Source: Okamejei kenojei (taxonomy: Eukaryota). From it: a stretch of DNA of 64,000 bases. Below, in pieces: positions 1-12,500 of the stretch. The stretch covers positions 144,770,001 to 144,834,000 of the forward strand of contig CM069133.1 in the NCBI GenBank assembly GCA_035221665.1. The letters run 5' to 3'. Position 1 is the stretch's first letter. Every line of letters begins with the position of its first letter. The notes beneath the pieces were generated by a model that did not search any database, was not told the DNA's origin, and saw only the letters and a program-made list of their open reading frames with translations. Made by a program: the position numbers and the translations under genes.

Positions 1-539
1 AATAAATTCACCTGTTTCTGTCTTCAAGGGACGTACATTTGTCTTAACTAAATCTTTCTTCCTCTTCACATACCTAAAGAAGCTTTCACTATCCTCCTTT
101 ATATTATTGGCTAGCTTACCTTCGTACCTCATCTTTTCCCCGTATTGCCTCTTTAGTTACCTTCTGTTGTTCTTTAAATGTTTCCCAATCCTCTGGCTTC
201 CCGTTCATCTTTGCTATGTATACGTCTTCTCTTTTAGTTTTATATATACTGTCCTTGGCTTCCCTTGTCAGCCACGGTCGCCTCTTACTCCCCTTAGAAT
301 CTTTCTTCCTCTTTGGAATGAAACGATCCTGCATCTTCTGGATTATTCCCAGAAATTCCTGCCATTGTTGTTCCACCATCAACCCTGCTAGGTTTCCTTA
401 CCAGTTAATTTTGGCCAGCTCCTCCCTCATGCCTCCATAGTCCCCTTTTTTCAACTGCAATACTGACACTTCTGATTTTACCTTCTCCTTCCTTAAAACC
501 TATCATATTATGGTCACTACCTCATAATGGTTCCTGTAC
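1..539 (-). mobile_element. CR1 LINE ORF2, inverted 5' segment (end of APE domain to linker)
   Basis: Minus strand encodes ..GSDHNMIGF..QQWQEFLGII..RPWLT..KEDSESFFRYVK..ETGEFI, typical of the CR1 ORF2 region before the RT. Confidence 0.85.
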
Positions 540-544
540 ATAAT

Positions 545-2276
545 GGTTCTGTCTTCACTAAGGAAGACATAAATAATTTGCCGGAAATAGCAGGGGATCA
601 CGGGTCAAATGAGATGGAGGAAATGAGTGAAATCCAGGTTAGCCGGAAAGTGGTGTTGGGTAAATTGAATGGATTAAAGGCCGATAAATCCCCAGGGCCA
701 GATAGGCTGCATCCCAGGGTACTTAAGGAAGTAGCCCCAGAAATAGCAGATGCCTTAGTGATAATTTTTCAAAACTCTTTAGATTCTGGAGTAGTTCCTG
801 AGGATTGGAGGGTAGCTAATGTAACCCCACTTTTTAAAAAGGGAGGGAGAGAGAAAACGGGGAATTACAGACCAGTTAGTCTAACATCGGTAGTGGGGAA
901 ACTGCTAGAGTCAATTATTAAAGATGGGATAGCAGCGCATTTGGAATGTGGTGAAATCATTGGACAAAGTCAGCATGGATTTACGAAGGGCAAATTATGT
1001 CTGACGCATCTTATTGAATTTTTTGAGGATGTAACTAGTAGAGTGGATAAGGGAGAAGCAGTGGATGTGTTGAATCTGGACTTTCAGAAGGCTTTCGACA
1101 AGGTCCCACACAAGAGATTGGTATACAAACTTAAAGCACACGGTATTGGTGGTTCAGTATTGATGTGGATAGAGAACTGGCTGGCAGACAGGAAGCAAAG
1201 AGTAGGAGTGAACGGGTCCTTTTCAGGATGGCAGACAATGACTAGTGGGGTGCCGCAAGGCTCAGTGCTGGGACCCCAGCTATTTACAATATACATTAAT
1301 GATTTGGACGAGGGAATTAAATGCAACATCTTGAAGTTTGCGGATGACACGAAGCTGGGGGGCAGTGTTAGCTGTGAGGAGGATGCTAGGAGGCTGCAGG
1401 ATGACTTGGATAGACTGGGTGAGTGGGCAAATGCATGGCAGATGCAGTATAATGTGGATAAATGTGAGGTTATCCACTTTGGTGGCAAAAACAGGAAGGT
1501 AGACTATTATTTGAATGGTGACCGATTAGGAAAAGGGGAGATGCAGCGAGACCTGGGTTGTTATGGTACACCAGTCATTGAAAGTAGGCATGCAGGTGCA
1601 GCAGGCTGTGAAGAAAGCGAATGGTATGTTGGCATTCAGTGCAAAAGGATTTGAGTACAAGAGCAGGGAGGTTCTACTGCAGTTGTACAGGGTCTTGGTG
1701 AGGCCACACCTGGAGTATTGCGTACAGCTTTGGTCTCCTAATCTGAGGAAAGACATTCTTGCCATAGAGGAAGTACAGAGAAGGTTCACCAGACTGATTC
1801 CTGGGATGGCACGACTTCCATATGAAGAAAGACTGGATTAGACTTGGCTTGTACTCGCTGGAATTTAGAAGATTGAGGGGTGATCTCATAGAGACTTACA
1901 AAATTCTTAAGGGGTTGGACAGGCTAGATGCAGGAAGATTGTTCCCGATGTTGGGGAAGTCCAGGACAAGGGGTCACAGTTTAAGGATAAGGGGGAAGTC
2001 TTTTAGGACCGAGATGAGAAAATCATTTTTCACACAGAGAGTGGTGAATCTGTGGAATTCTCTGCCACAGAAGGTAGTTGAGGCCAGTTTGTTGGCCATA
2101 TTTAAGAAGGAGTTGGATGTGGCCTTTGTGACTGAAGGGATCAGGGGGTATGGAGAGAAGGCAGGTACAGGATACTGAGTTGGATGATCAGCCATGATCA
2201 TATTGAATGGCGGTGCAGGCTCGAAGGGCCGAATGGCCTGCTCCTGCACCTAATTTCTATGTTTCTATGTTTCTAT
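545..2276 (+). mobile_element. CR1 LINE, RT domain to 3' end, frameshifted
   Basis: Motifs KSPGPD, NYRPVSLTS, DFQKAFD, GVPQGSVLGP, KFADD; frameshifts near 1560 and 1840; (TTCTATGT)n tail at ~2255-2276. Confidence 0.97.
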
Positions 2277-3120
2277 AAATGTTCCTTTATTCAATCCAAT
2301 GCTTTGTTACTAATAGATTCTAGCATTTCCCTACTACTGCTTTCAAGCTAAAGAGTCTGTGTTCCCTGCTTTTTCTATCCTTCCTTTCCCTACTTGTTAT
2401 CTCCACTTTTCTTAAATAGTCGGGTTGCAATCCGTGCACACAATTCCAGAATCTGTGCTGCTGCCTGTCTTGGCCAGGACTCTCTTGTAAAAGAGATGTT
2501 TAATCTCAATGAGACTTCTCCTGGTAAAATAAAGGTTAAATGAATAATTAAAAATGAAACAAAAGCAAACTGCGGGAGAAACTCAGTGGGCCAAGCAGCA
2601 CTGAGAAGGCAAATAGATACTCTGTGAAGGGAAAGGTTTTGGAGCCACATCCTTCATCTGGATTGAAAGGGAAGAGGGGGAGCAGAGGGACCTAGGAGTG
2701 CAGGTACATAGTTCCTTGGAAGTGGTGTCACAGGGAGATAGCAGGTCAACAGATGACAGGTGTCACAGGTCACATTGGCCTTCATCGGTATTGAGTATAG
2801 AGGCTGGAGTGGAGCGTGAATGCCAATATGACACAGATACAGGTAGCCCACATTGGCATTTATGAATTTCAGAGATAAATGGAGAAGATGTAATTTACTG
2901 TTAACTTGGGTCATCCTGAAGTACTTACTACCACATCCAGACATGAAATTGTTCATCATCTCTAAGTCTAAATCATGAAACTCCTTCCCCAGCAGCTCTG
3001 TGGCTGCAGCTTTCAACAGAAGCAATGCAGCTGTTCAAAAAGGCAATTCGCCACCACACTCTCGCACAATTAGTGATGGGCAAGAATGCTGACCTTGCCG
3101 GCAAAACCTAGATTTCCAAA

Positions 3121-4964
3121 GTGCAAATACACCCAATACAGCAAAGACACGGGTGATGAGGATCCACTCCAAAACCAGCAACCCTCTCCTTATGCTCAGC
3201 GCTGCGCTAGAGGAGGGAGAAACATTCACATACCTAGGCAGTGTTGTGGACATCACCAGAGGGGCAGAGGCAGACATAAAAAGTAAAATCAATAAGGCTG
3301 GGGTGGTGTTTAACATGCTCAGGAAGATCTGGAGCTCAAAACACATCTAAAAACACAAAGCTATCTTCCATCCGGCACTCAAATACACCTGGACCATTTC
3401 CGACATTTCCCTACCATTTCTTGACCTCACTATCTCCATCGCAGGTGACAGACTACTGACTGACATCTACTATTAACCCACTGACTCCCATGGCTATCTG
3501 GACTACACTTCCTCCCACCCTGCTTCCTGTAAGGACTCCATCCCCTACTCCCAATTCCTCCGTCTACGCCGCATCTGCTCCCAGGATGAGGTGTTCCACA
3601 CCAGGGCATCGGAGATGTCCTCATTCTTCAGGGAACAGGGGTTCCTCTCTTTGACTATAGATGAGGCTCTCACCAGGGTCTCTTCTATACCCTGTGACTC
3701 TACTCTCACTCCCCGTCCCCCCACTCATAACAAGGGCAGAGTTCCCCAAGTCCTCACCTTCCACCCTAACAGGCGTCATGTACAACAAATAATCCTCCTT
3801 CATTTTCGCCACCTCCAACGTGATCCCACCACTTGTCACATCTTCCCATCTCCTCCACTGTCTGCTTTCTACAGAGACCACTCCCTCGATAACTCCCTGG
3901 TCAATTCGTCCCTTCTCACCCGAACCAGCCCCTCTCCGGCACTTTTCCTTGCAACTGCAAGAAATGCTACACTTGTCGCTTTACCTCCCCCCTTGACTCC
4001 ATTCAAGGACCTAAGCAGTCTTTCCAGGTGAGGCAGAGGGTCACCTGCACCTCCTCCAACCTCATCTATTGCATCCGCTGCTCTAGGTGTCAGCTGCTCT
4101 ATATCGGTGAGACCAAGCGTAGGCTTGGTGATCGTTTCACCCAACACCTCCGCTCGGTTCGCAATAACCAACCTGATCTCCCGGTGGCCCAGCACTTCAA
4201 CTCCCCCTCCCATTCCGAATCCGACCTTTCTGTCCTGGGCCTCCTCCATGGCCAGAGTGAGGACCACCGTAAATTGGAGGAGCAGCACCTCATATTTCGC
4301 TTGGGCAGTTTACACCCCAGCGGTATGAATAGAGAGTTCTCCAATTTCAGGTAGTCCTTACTTTCTCCTTCCCTTCTTAGCTCTCCCTCAGCCCACTGGC
4401 TCCACCTCTTCCTTTCTTCTTCCTGCCTCCCCCTCGCAGCAGTCTGAGGAAGGGTTTCGGCCCGAAACGTTGCCTATTTCCTTCGCTCCATAGATGCTGC
4501 CTCACTCGCTGAGTTACTCCAGCACTTTTGTCTCCCTTCAATCAACACCAAATATGCATCTTTAACTCAAATGTGAAACAGGTGACGCTTTCTGGATCAG
4601 AGACACTGAATACAACAAAACACACTACAAACAGGCTGCAAACATTCATTAACACCTGCCTTAGGAGAATACGTAACATCTAGTGGTGAGACAAAGTAAG
4701 CAATGTGGACCTGTGGAAAAGAACAAGCCAGGAGCCCATTGACTTACAATTTCAAAGGAGAAAATGGAGTTGGATTCGACCCATCCTCAGGAAACCTGCC
4801 ACAAACGTCACCCAGCAAGCTCTAAAAAGGAACCCCCAAGGAACAGCTGGAGAAGAGGTGTCCAGACAGAAATGTCCGAGAGTGGGATCAACCGGGGGAG
4901 ATCTCGAAAGAGCTGCCGACAACCGAGTGAGGTGGAGGACATTTGTCAAGAAGTAGAAGGAGAC
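3121..4964 (+). mobile_element. RTE-clade LINE 3' fragment, split by a Penelope insertion
   Basis: FTYLGSVV..DIKSKINKA..LRKIWSS (3150-3350) resumes as NTK..FNSNVK..LQTFINTCLRRI..VSNVDLWKRT..RRKWSWI (4540-4960). Flanked by a 34-bp direct repeat. Confidence 0.85.
3361..4538 (+). mobile_element. Penelope-like element (Neptune type), 5'-truncated
   Basis: RT C-terminus (PFLDL, SIPYSQFLRLRRICS) and GIY-YIG endonuclease NLIYCIRCSRCQLLYIGET; hammerhead-like motif at ~4444-4471. Confidence 0.93.
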
Positions 4965-5569
4965 TGCTGACCTTGCCAGCAAAACCTAGATTTCCAAAAT
5001 GAATTGAAAAACTGTTGGGTTAGTTTTGTTCCTTTCTTTTACGCCTGTTTGACCTCATCATATTACGCACCGTTCCACTCAAGTTTGCAATCAATACCCA
5101 GCTTCCTGGCTTTGCCGCTGAATGTGCGGTTGTTAAAAAGTACGCAGCAAAGCGAGGAGTGATGCTGCACTTCCTTCACTATCGGGCAAGGGAGCCCAAA
5201 GGCTGCCTCACACAAGTGCCTCTGAAATCTCTGGGGTACAACAAATTGGAGCACAATTACAGTGTTCTACACATTAAGCGGAAAATCCTATGATTGATTG
5301 CCACCTAATTCCAGTTTCTCTAGGTTTATAAAAGACAAACCTTTAATGGACTGATTCTCTGTTTAAATCCTAAACTACAAATCAATTGCATTATGAGCTT
5401 CTGAGAATAAAATATGCATGTAAACAATTTAGATTCACCTGTTTGCTAAACTTTGAGTAAAAAAAAACCCAAATTGCTGGATGAACTCAGCAGGCCAGGC
5501 AACAAAGTACAGAGGCCCCATTTCAGGTTTCATTTTATTAAATCTTCATTGCCTGAAACATCAGCCTAA

Positions 5570-6137
5570 AGCCCCTGTCCCACTTTCACGACCTAATTGG
5601 CGACCTCTGCCGAGTTTGCCCTTGACTCATTCTCGCAGCATGGTCACCACGAGGTTGTAGGAGGTCTTCGTAACTCTTCCTCGTGCTCGTGAGTGGTCTC
5701 CGCATACTCGTGGCCTCAAGTAGGTCGCGGCGTTTTTTCCAGCCTGACAAACAATGTCCACGAGTTTAAAAAAAAGGTCGGCATGGAAAAAACTGATGCA
5801 TTTTACTCGTAGGTAGGTCATAGGTAGGTCATAGTAGGTCGTGATGGCAGTCGTGGGTAGTCGTGGATAGTCGCCGGTAGTCGCAGGTCTGTAACTGGCC
5901 AGAGGGTAAAAATGCAAACCTGACATCATTTTATCATGTGATCATTTTCCACTCGTAGCTAGTCGTAGTTGGTCTTAGGTGCGGAAGACTGAGGTCGAGG
6001 GGGGTTGTAGGAGGTCGTAGACTTAGGTCGCAGGAGGTCTTTTACCCCGGCGAGTCAACATGACCTTGACATTTTTTTCCAACTTGTCTAGGGTCCTCTA
6101 AACCCGTGGATTAGGTCGTCCAAGTGGGACAGCCCCT
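5570..6137. mobile_element. Harbinger-type MITE
   Basis: TAA|AGCCCCTGTCCCACTT ... AAGTGGGACAGCCCCT|TAA; internal GTAGGTC/GTCGTAG micro-repeats. Confidence 0.8.
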
Positions 6138-6400
6138 TAACTTTGTTCAGATCATGTGCTATCTTCATCTTTTAATTTGAAGCTTGCAACGTTTAAAGTT
6201 TATCTTTTAATCTCGAATGTTAAAAATTAACATTAGAATGTTAGATTTATTTCTGAGGTGCAAACAAATTGAACTTAATTACAACTGGAATATTGCTAGG
6301 AGGGTTTACTGGTGATGGAGTTTCTCCACTGTTCCAGTGTAAGTAAATTAAGTAAGAACAGATATTAGGTATTGGATAAACTTGGTGTTCAAGACATTAA

Positions 6401-6807
6401 AGGGCCTGTCCCAGCAGCATGCAACTCCATGCGATGAGCGCGACCTAACGTGGTCGCTTGAGCCGTCCGGCATCGCGGGGCCGGTCCCACCTCGATCGCC
6501 GGAGCCGTGCGGAATTGTGCGGAGTTCGTCCCGACATCGCGCGGGGCTCCGAAAAACTGACCATGTTCAAAAATTCCGCGCGGCAGCGGCTTGTCGGCTC
6601 GACACATTACACACCGCCTCGATGTCGTGCCTCCGTGACCCTCTCTGTGTGTCCCTCTCTGTCCTGGCGAACTTACCTTTAAGACTTCGCTCCAAGTTCA
6701 CCTCACTTTGCGCCGCATTGCGCCACTCAACCGAACCTCCGCGCGGCCCCCGCTGCCGGTTTGGTCGCGCTCACCGCATGGAGTCGGATGCTGGTGGGAC
6801 AGGCCCT
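6401..6807. mobile_element. Harbinger-type MITE
   Basis: Imperfect ~45-bp TIRs AGGGCCTGTCCCAGCAGCAT... / ...ATGCTGGTGGGACAGGCCCT; flanks TAA/TTA. Confidence 0.8.
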
Positions 6808-7254
6808 TTACACATCAACAACCATATGCTTTGAAATGTTTATTGTACAAGGACCATGGGCGGCAGAAATGGCCATTATCTGTGCTCAGGTACAACCTGA
6901 ATACCCACGATTTTATGTAAAAAGTGTTTTTATTTCATTCTCGAAAGCAACACCTTTACAAAGATAAGCACACTGCATGTTTTTTTGCTGGGAAGATGCT
7001 CTGAATATATTTGTAATGGTATAAACATGATTGGAAAGGGTACATCCTCAACCATTTTGCTCTGGCAGTGTTAATGACAGAGACTATTATGTTCTTCAAC
7101 AGAAAATACATTGAAGCTAAACGCTAGAATACTTTTCAAAATGTTTCTCTGTAATCATTTGATCCAACAATAGATTGTGATACAAAAAATGTAATCTTAA
7201 AATATCATGTCATAGAAAATAACTATCCAGTGAAAGCATAACAATCTTGCTCAC

Positions 7255-7412
7255 CACTCCTCCAAAGTATTTCCCCACGTTGAAGTCATTGAGACTATGA
7301 AGTTCCAAGTAGGCAGCTCCAATTTCTTTTGACAGTTCTAATCCTTCATAGAATGGCACGCAGCTCCCTTTATCTGACGTGCACAATGGGCACGAACAAG
7401 GTGGACTCTCTT
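7255..7412 (-). CDS. RHOBTB3: RHOBTB3 coding exon 4 (158 nt)
   Basis: Acceptor ttctcaacag and donor GTG|gtgagc; phase matches exon 3. Encodes EESPPCSCPLCTSDKGSCVPFYEGLELSKEIGAAYLELHSLNDFNVGKYFGGV (recalled human EELPCTCPLCTSDRGSC...YLELHSLDDFYIGKYFGGV). Not in the ORF track. The next exon was not found in 1-7254. Confidence 0.96.
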
Positions 7413-7567
7413 CTGTTGAGAATTTTGAAATTTCATGAATATCATGTAAAAATATTCCTCTTTAATATATCTCACAAATAAACAAAATAAGGACAGGCTG
7501 ATTAGCTTTTCTTTAATTTAGATTTTGAAAGTCATTGCAACCTTTATTATCATATCATATATCATAT

Positions 7568-8861
7568 CTATATACTTTTAAAACTGTGTGTGTGTGTGTG
7601 GGTGTGTATGTGTCATTTTGCCTGTGACATGTATCTTCTCGAAAACCTGATGCCGAAACGGGGACATTTTTACATATTTCAGTAGAATATTTCCAGGTGA
7701 TTTTAGAAATCCACTCCTCTGTACATTTGGTACATTATTTTCCTGACTTTTTAATTAAAATTGTTGACCAATCTGACCTTTCATTAAAATCTGACCGCTG
7801 CCCAGCTGCTGACGTTACAATAACAGTGACATTTTTACATCTTCTGGTAGAATTTTTCCTTATGATTTCAAAAATCCAATCCTCTATAAATTTGGTCAAT
7901 TATTTCCCGAGATATTTACTAACATTTATAACCAAACTGACATTTTAAAATAATATTAAGGATTAAGGTTGCCCAGCTGCTGACCATACAATGCCTTTCC
8001 TCGTGCCCCCCCCCCCCCCCACCGCTCTGGATTAATGCAGCTGCTGTCATTGCACATGCACAGTTTTCCACGAGGTACATTAGCCCACCCCGCCCCCCCG
8101 CTCTTGAAAAGGCACAGAAACATCGAGAGAGTTCTGCAGCAAAGATCCTACAGCTCTGCTCTGCTATAGGATCTTTGTTCTGCAGATCGTGATTTCAGAG
8201 GCAAAGATCCTAGAGCAAGCTCCGCTTTAGGATCTTTGGTCAGAGGCACCCACATGCTGAATACGTTTACTCGCTGTGAAGCCCCGCCCCTCCCATCCCC
8301 CGCCCGCCTGCCCGCTCACTCAGCTGCCGGTTTCCAGAGAGTCAAACCGGTGCTGTCTCTCTCCGCTGTTCGCAGCCCACTCACTCGCCCCCCCCCCCCC
8401 CCCCCCTCACCTCCTCCCCTCTCCGCTCTACCTGACCTCCTCTCCGATGGGCGGAAGCTTTTGGCAGTCCTCAGCAAAGAGCCCTTAGCTCGCTATGGGA
8501 TCTTTGGTCCTCGGATCGCTCTGGGCTCGCTCGGGCCCCTGCGACCTGCCACCACGCCCCACACCTCTCTCTCTCTCTCCCTCTCTCTTCCCCCTCCCTC
8601 CCTCGCATCTCCCCCTCCTCTCTCTCTCTCTCCTTCTCCCCCTCCCTCTCCCTCCCTTCTCCCCCTCCTCCCCCCCCACCCTCTCTCTCCCCCTCCCTCC
8701 TCTCGACCCCTCCCCCCCCTCTCGCTCCCCCCCTCCCTCTCTCTCTCTCCCCCCACTCCTCCCTCGCTCTCTCCTCCCTCCCTCTCCCCCACACCCCTGC
8801 CCTCCCCTAACCACAGCCGCTCGTTGGAGGAACAGACCCAACAGGTCTGCACTTGGTCTAG
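7568..8861 (+). mobile_element. Non-autonomous Helitron
   Basis: Starts TCTATATACT after an (ATATC)n run; ends with hairpin CAGACC-CAACA-GGTCTG then TTGGTCTAG|T. Internal duplications and a CT-rich tract. Confidence 0.75.
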
Positions 8862-10508
8862 TACTTATTAAAACTCTGGATGTCTGGCTGTTTGTGCCTC
8901 TTGCTTTTCAAACTTGAACTTTTTCTGTGATTCACATCTCCTCGAAAACCCGACGCCGGAATGGTGACATTTGATTCATCATTCCCCGATTTTTTTAACT
9001 AAAATTGTTCACCAATCTCACATTTTTTTCAAATCCAACTGCTGAAGGCAGCTGATGATATCACATTGCCTTTGCTCGTGACCCAACTGGCTCATGGCTC
9101 ATTGGCTCAGCCCCCCCCCACCCCCCCCCCCCCCAATTCCCCGCTCTGGATTAAAGCAGCTGACAAGTTATATTAACCCCCCCCCCCCCCCCGACTCAGT
9201 CATTTTGTCCCGCACCCCCCCTCCGACTCACTGTGCTGTTGACTAGCACTCACCCAGCCATCCACAGCGCAGTGCCCCCCCCCGCCCACAGACCAACCGC
9301 TAAAAACGAAGTACGCTCCCGCTTCGGCTCGGGTTCTAGAACATTGCGACGGCGGACGTTATCGCCGTGCGGGCAGGGGGCGGCGATGGGAAGGTGGCCC
9401 TGGCGGCCATCACTCCCTCTGGGAGAGGCCGTCTATGGGCACCTCCATTGATCGCAGGGACATGGGGAATCGTGATGCCTTTTTTTCGCTGGTGATCCCG
9501 ATCCCGTTCTACGGACTAGGGTTGGGCCTGCCTCTACCCCCTCCCCCCTCTACCCCCCAGGGGCAGAGAAAAGGAGAGAGGGGAGGGGAGAGGGGGGGGG
9601 GGGGGGGGGTGGGGGATGGTGGGAGTGGGATGGAGAGGGTGGGGTGGAGTGGGGAATGAAAGGGAGGAGAGGGCACTTCCTCTCTGCCCCCCCCTCTTAA
9701 ACCCCTCCCTCTCTGACCTCACCCCTTCCTCTCTACCCCCATTCCTCTCTGTAACCTTCCTCTCTCTGCCTCTCCCTCCATCTCTGCCCCCTCCCTCTCT
9801 GCCCCCCTCCCCTCAATTCCCCCCTCCTCTCTCTCCCCCCCTTCCCCCCTCTCTCCCACCACCCTCTCCCCCTCTGCCCTCTCTCCACCTCACCCCCACT
9901 CCCCTCCACATTCCACCTCCATCCCCCTTTCCTCCCCCCTCTCCCCCTACTCTCCCCCAGCCCCCCCCTCCCCCTCCTTCCTCCCCACCCGTCCCCCCCT
10001 CTGCCCTGCTCCCACCCCTCTCCCCCCCTCCTCTCTCTCCCCTTCCCCTCTCTCCCCCCTCCCCCCTCTGCCCCACCTCCACCCCTCTCCCCTCTGCCCC
10101 TGCCTCCACCTCTCCCCCCTCCTCTCTCTCCCCTTCCCCCTCCCTCCCCTCCCCCCTCCCGCCCCCCTCCCCCCCTCCCCCCGCCTCCACCCCTCCCCCC
10201 CCCTCCTCTCTCTCCCTCTTCCCCTCTCTCCCCCTCCCTCTCTCTCTCCCCCCTATGCCCCACCTCCACCCCTCTCCCCCTCCCTCTGTCTCCCCCTTTC
10301 CCCTCCCATCCCCTCCCCATCCTGCCCCCACCCCTCTCCCCCCTCCTCCCCCCTTCCCCCTCCCCTCCCCCCCTCCCGCCTCCACCCCTCCCCCTCCTCT
10401 CTCTCCCCCCCTCCACCCCTCTGCCCTGCCCCCCACTCCTCTCCCCCCTCCCTCTCTCTCCCCCCTCCCCCGCCCCTCCCCCCCACCCCTTTCGTTGGGC
10501 CATGGGAA
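8862..10508 (+). mobile_element. Second related Helitron-like copy directly abutting the first; 3' end incomplete
   Basis: 5' region resembles that of 7568 (TACTT..AAAACT; TCTC.TCGAAAACC.GA.GCCG.AA.GG.GACATTT). About 800 bp of C/T low-complexity sequence; ends CGTTGGG without a CTAG terminus. Confidence 0.6.
9700..10490. repeat. Polypyrimidine (C/T) low-complexity tract
   Basis: Almost purely C/T on the + strand; source of the Pro-rich and Gly-rich spurious ORFs. Confidence 0.95.
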
Positions 10509-11023
10509 CAAGGTTCTGCTATATACTTTGTGTTTACTCGTTCTGACTTTAAATACCTCCATTAGATCCCTTTACTAACTTGCTCTATTCCAAGGATAAA
10601 TACTCCAATCCCTTCATTCTATCCATATAATTAAAGTACGGACCTTATCCCTGGAATTTGTATTCAATTTATGATCCAGTGATAGCTATGCAGTGAGGTA
10701 ATGCCAAATTCAATCAAGTAAGTTTAGCTTAATCTTATTTGGACTATTGAATCAGTTTATATCTGACAGTCTAATCTTGCTGTTAGTGTACTTTGTACTG
10801 ACACAATGCCAATACTTTTGACTGCTGAAAGAACACAGTGAGGCACAGTATTTTAAAATTATTTACTTTTTCTTTGGGATCTGGGCATCACTGCTAAGCG
10901 ATGGTGAGCTGCTGCCTTAAACTGCTGCAGTCCTCCTAGTGAAAGTAGACTGAAGGTTCTCCTGGGCAGGGTGTTCCATGGATTTATTGTCCTTCTTGGT
11001 ACGGTCTACAAAAATCCAGCCTA

Positions 11024-11339
11024 CAAAAACCTCCGGGAACCGCACGGAAACCTTGGGTGGGGCGCAAAGTCTCCAGAGGTTTCCGTTCAGGTTTCCTAAG
11101 TGGGACAGGGGGGAAACCTCTGGAGACTTTGCGCCCCACCCAAAGGTTTCCGTGCGGTTCCCGGAGGTTTCTGTCCTCAGGCAACCACCTTCAACTAGCA
11201 TCGCAGCCGGCTTCGACTAACAAAATTACCGATTTTTAAAACGGAAACCACTTTCGACCATTAGGGAGACTGACAAAAACCTCCGGGGCGCAAAGTCTCC
11301 AGAGGTTTCCGTTCAGGTTTCCCAAGTGGGACAGGGGCA
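11024..11339. mobile_element. Rearranged Harbinger-type MITE (duplicated right end)
   Basis: AAGTGGGACAGGGG terminus occurs twice (~11111 and 11339|TTA); internal inverted repeat. Confidence 0.7.
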
Positions 11340-12129
11340 TTAGCCTCCTGATTGCCACACCAACCTGCCTCGGTTGATCAATAGGTGCTCCTCCAACTGC
11401 TGGAAGAAGCCTTTAAAGTATAATGGGCACTAAATCTACTCTGGAGGGTGGAAGGAATACTTCAATACCCATAGCAACGAGTAGCTCGGCAGCAGCGCCA
11501 CCGACTGAACGTGCCCTATCCCGAAGGATGCAGTTAATGGAGAGGGTTTGCAGCAGGTAATGGATGTACCTAACACAGGGGATAAACTCCTGACCTTATT
11601 CTCAACTAACATAAATACCTGTGATAGGTGGATCAGTCCAAGCTAGGCTTGTAACCTGACGGCACTGAGCACCATTAGCAATAGCAGGAATGTCCATCAT
11701 CATCATCATGTGGCATTTTGTGGCCGGCACATCCCTCACAATACTTTTACTTTCACGGCTGGGGGGCCTAGTCTAATGCAGAGTACTGAAAACCATTCTG
11801 GGAGCAGCATCAGGCATGTCCAAAAGTGAGATGGCGACCTGGCATTATAAGACTAGATGAATACTGAGCAGCCAAAACAACATGAAATAAACAGGGAAGT
11901 GATTCCACAATCAACAGGCCAGATCAATGGCCTGCAATCCCTTTAAATCTACCCGTTAATGATGGTGCACAATTAAAGAGGCACGATTAGGTAACATCTC
12001 ATTTGATTAGGTACAAGTGAGATATTACACGGGAAGGGGGAAAAGCGCAGTACATGCGCCAGCCCTTCAAATGTGTGTCCACTCTGATGGACTAACGCAG
12101 GCTGTGATGCGCAGATTTGGTCAAAGATG

Positions 12130-12500
12130 AATAAATTTATGTAAGTATGATACAGCACCTGAACCGTGAGCTTGTGCATCTCATATTTTGCTTGGGCAGC
12201 GTACACTCCAGCGGTTTGAATATTGACTTCTCTAACCTCAAGTAACCCTTGCTTTCTCTAATTAGATTCTAGCTTTGTATCATTCATTGTCACCTTCTCT
12301 GAGCTAACAGTGACCTATTCTACATCTTCCTTGATCTCCATCCATTTTGATGTTTTGTTTTCACATCTTACCCTTCCTTATCTGTGCCACCCTCTCCCCG
12401 ACACTGATTGAAGAAGAGTCTCAAACTGAAACATCACCCATGCCTTCTGTCCAGTGATGCTGCCTGTCCCGCTGGTTTACTCCAGCATTTTGTGTCTATC
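12130..12500 (+). mobile_element. Degraded Penelope 3' fragment
   Basis: CATCTCATATTTTGCTTGGGCAGC..., decayed hammerhead motif and GATGCTGCCTG..CCAGCATTTTGTG tail. Confidence 0.75.

Noticed and set aside
5063-5254. Possible RHOBTB3 exon 5 (minus-strand ORF with an AG acceptor)
   Set aside because: No resemblance to the expected LEYFMIQ..PPQLEQP sequence in any frame, and stops in all frames.
8236-10578. Long Pro-rich and Gly/Glu/Arg-rich ORFs (up to 320 aa)
   Set aside because: Artefacts of C/T low-complexity tracts that lack stop codons.
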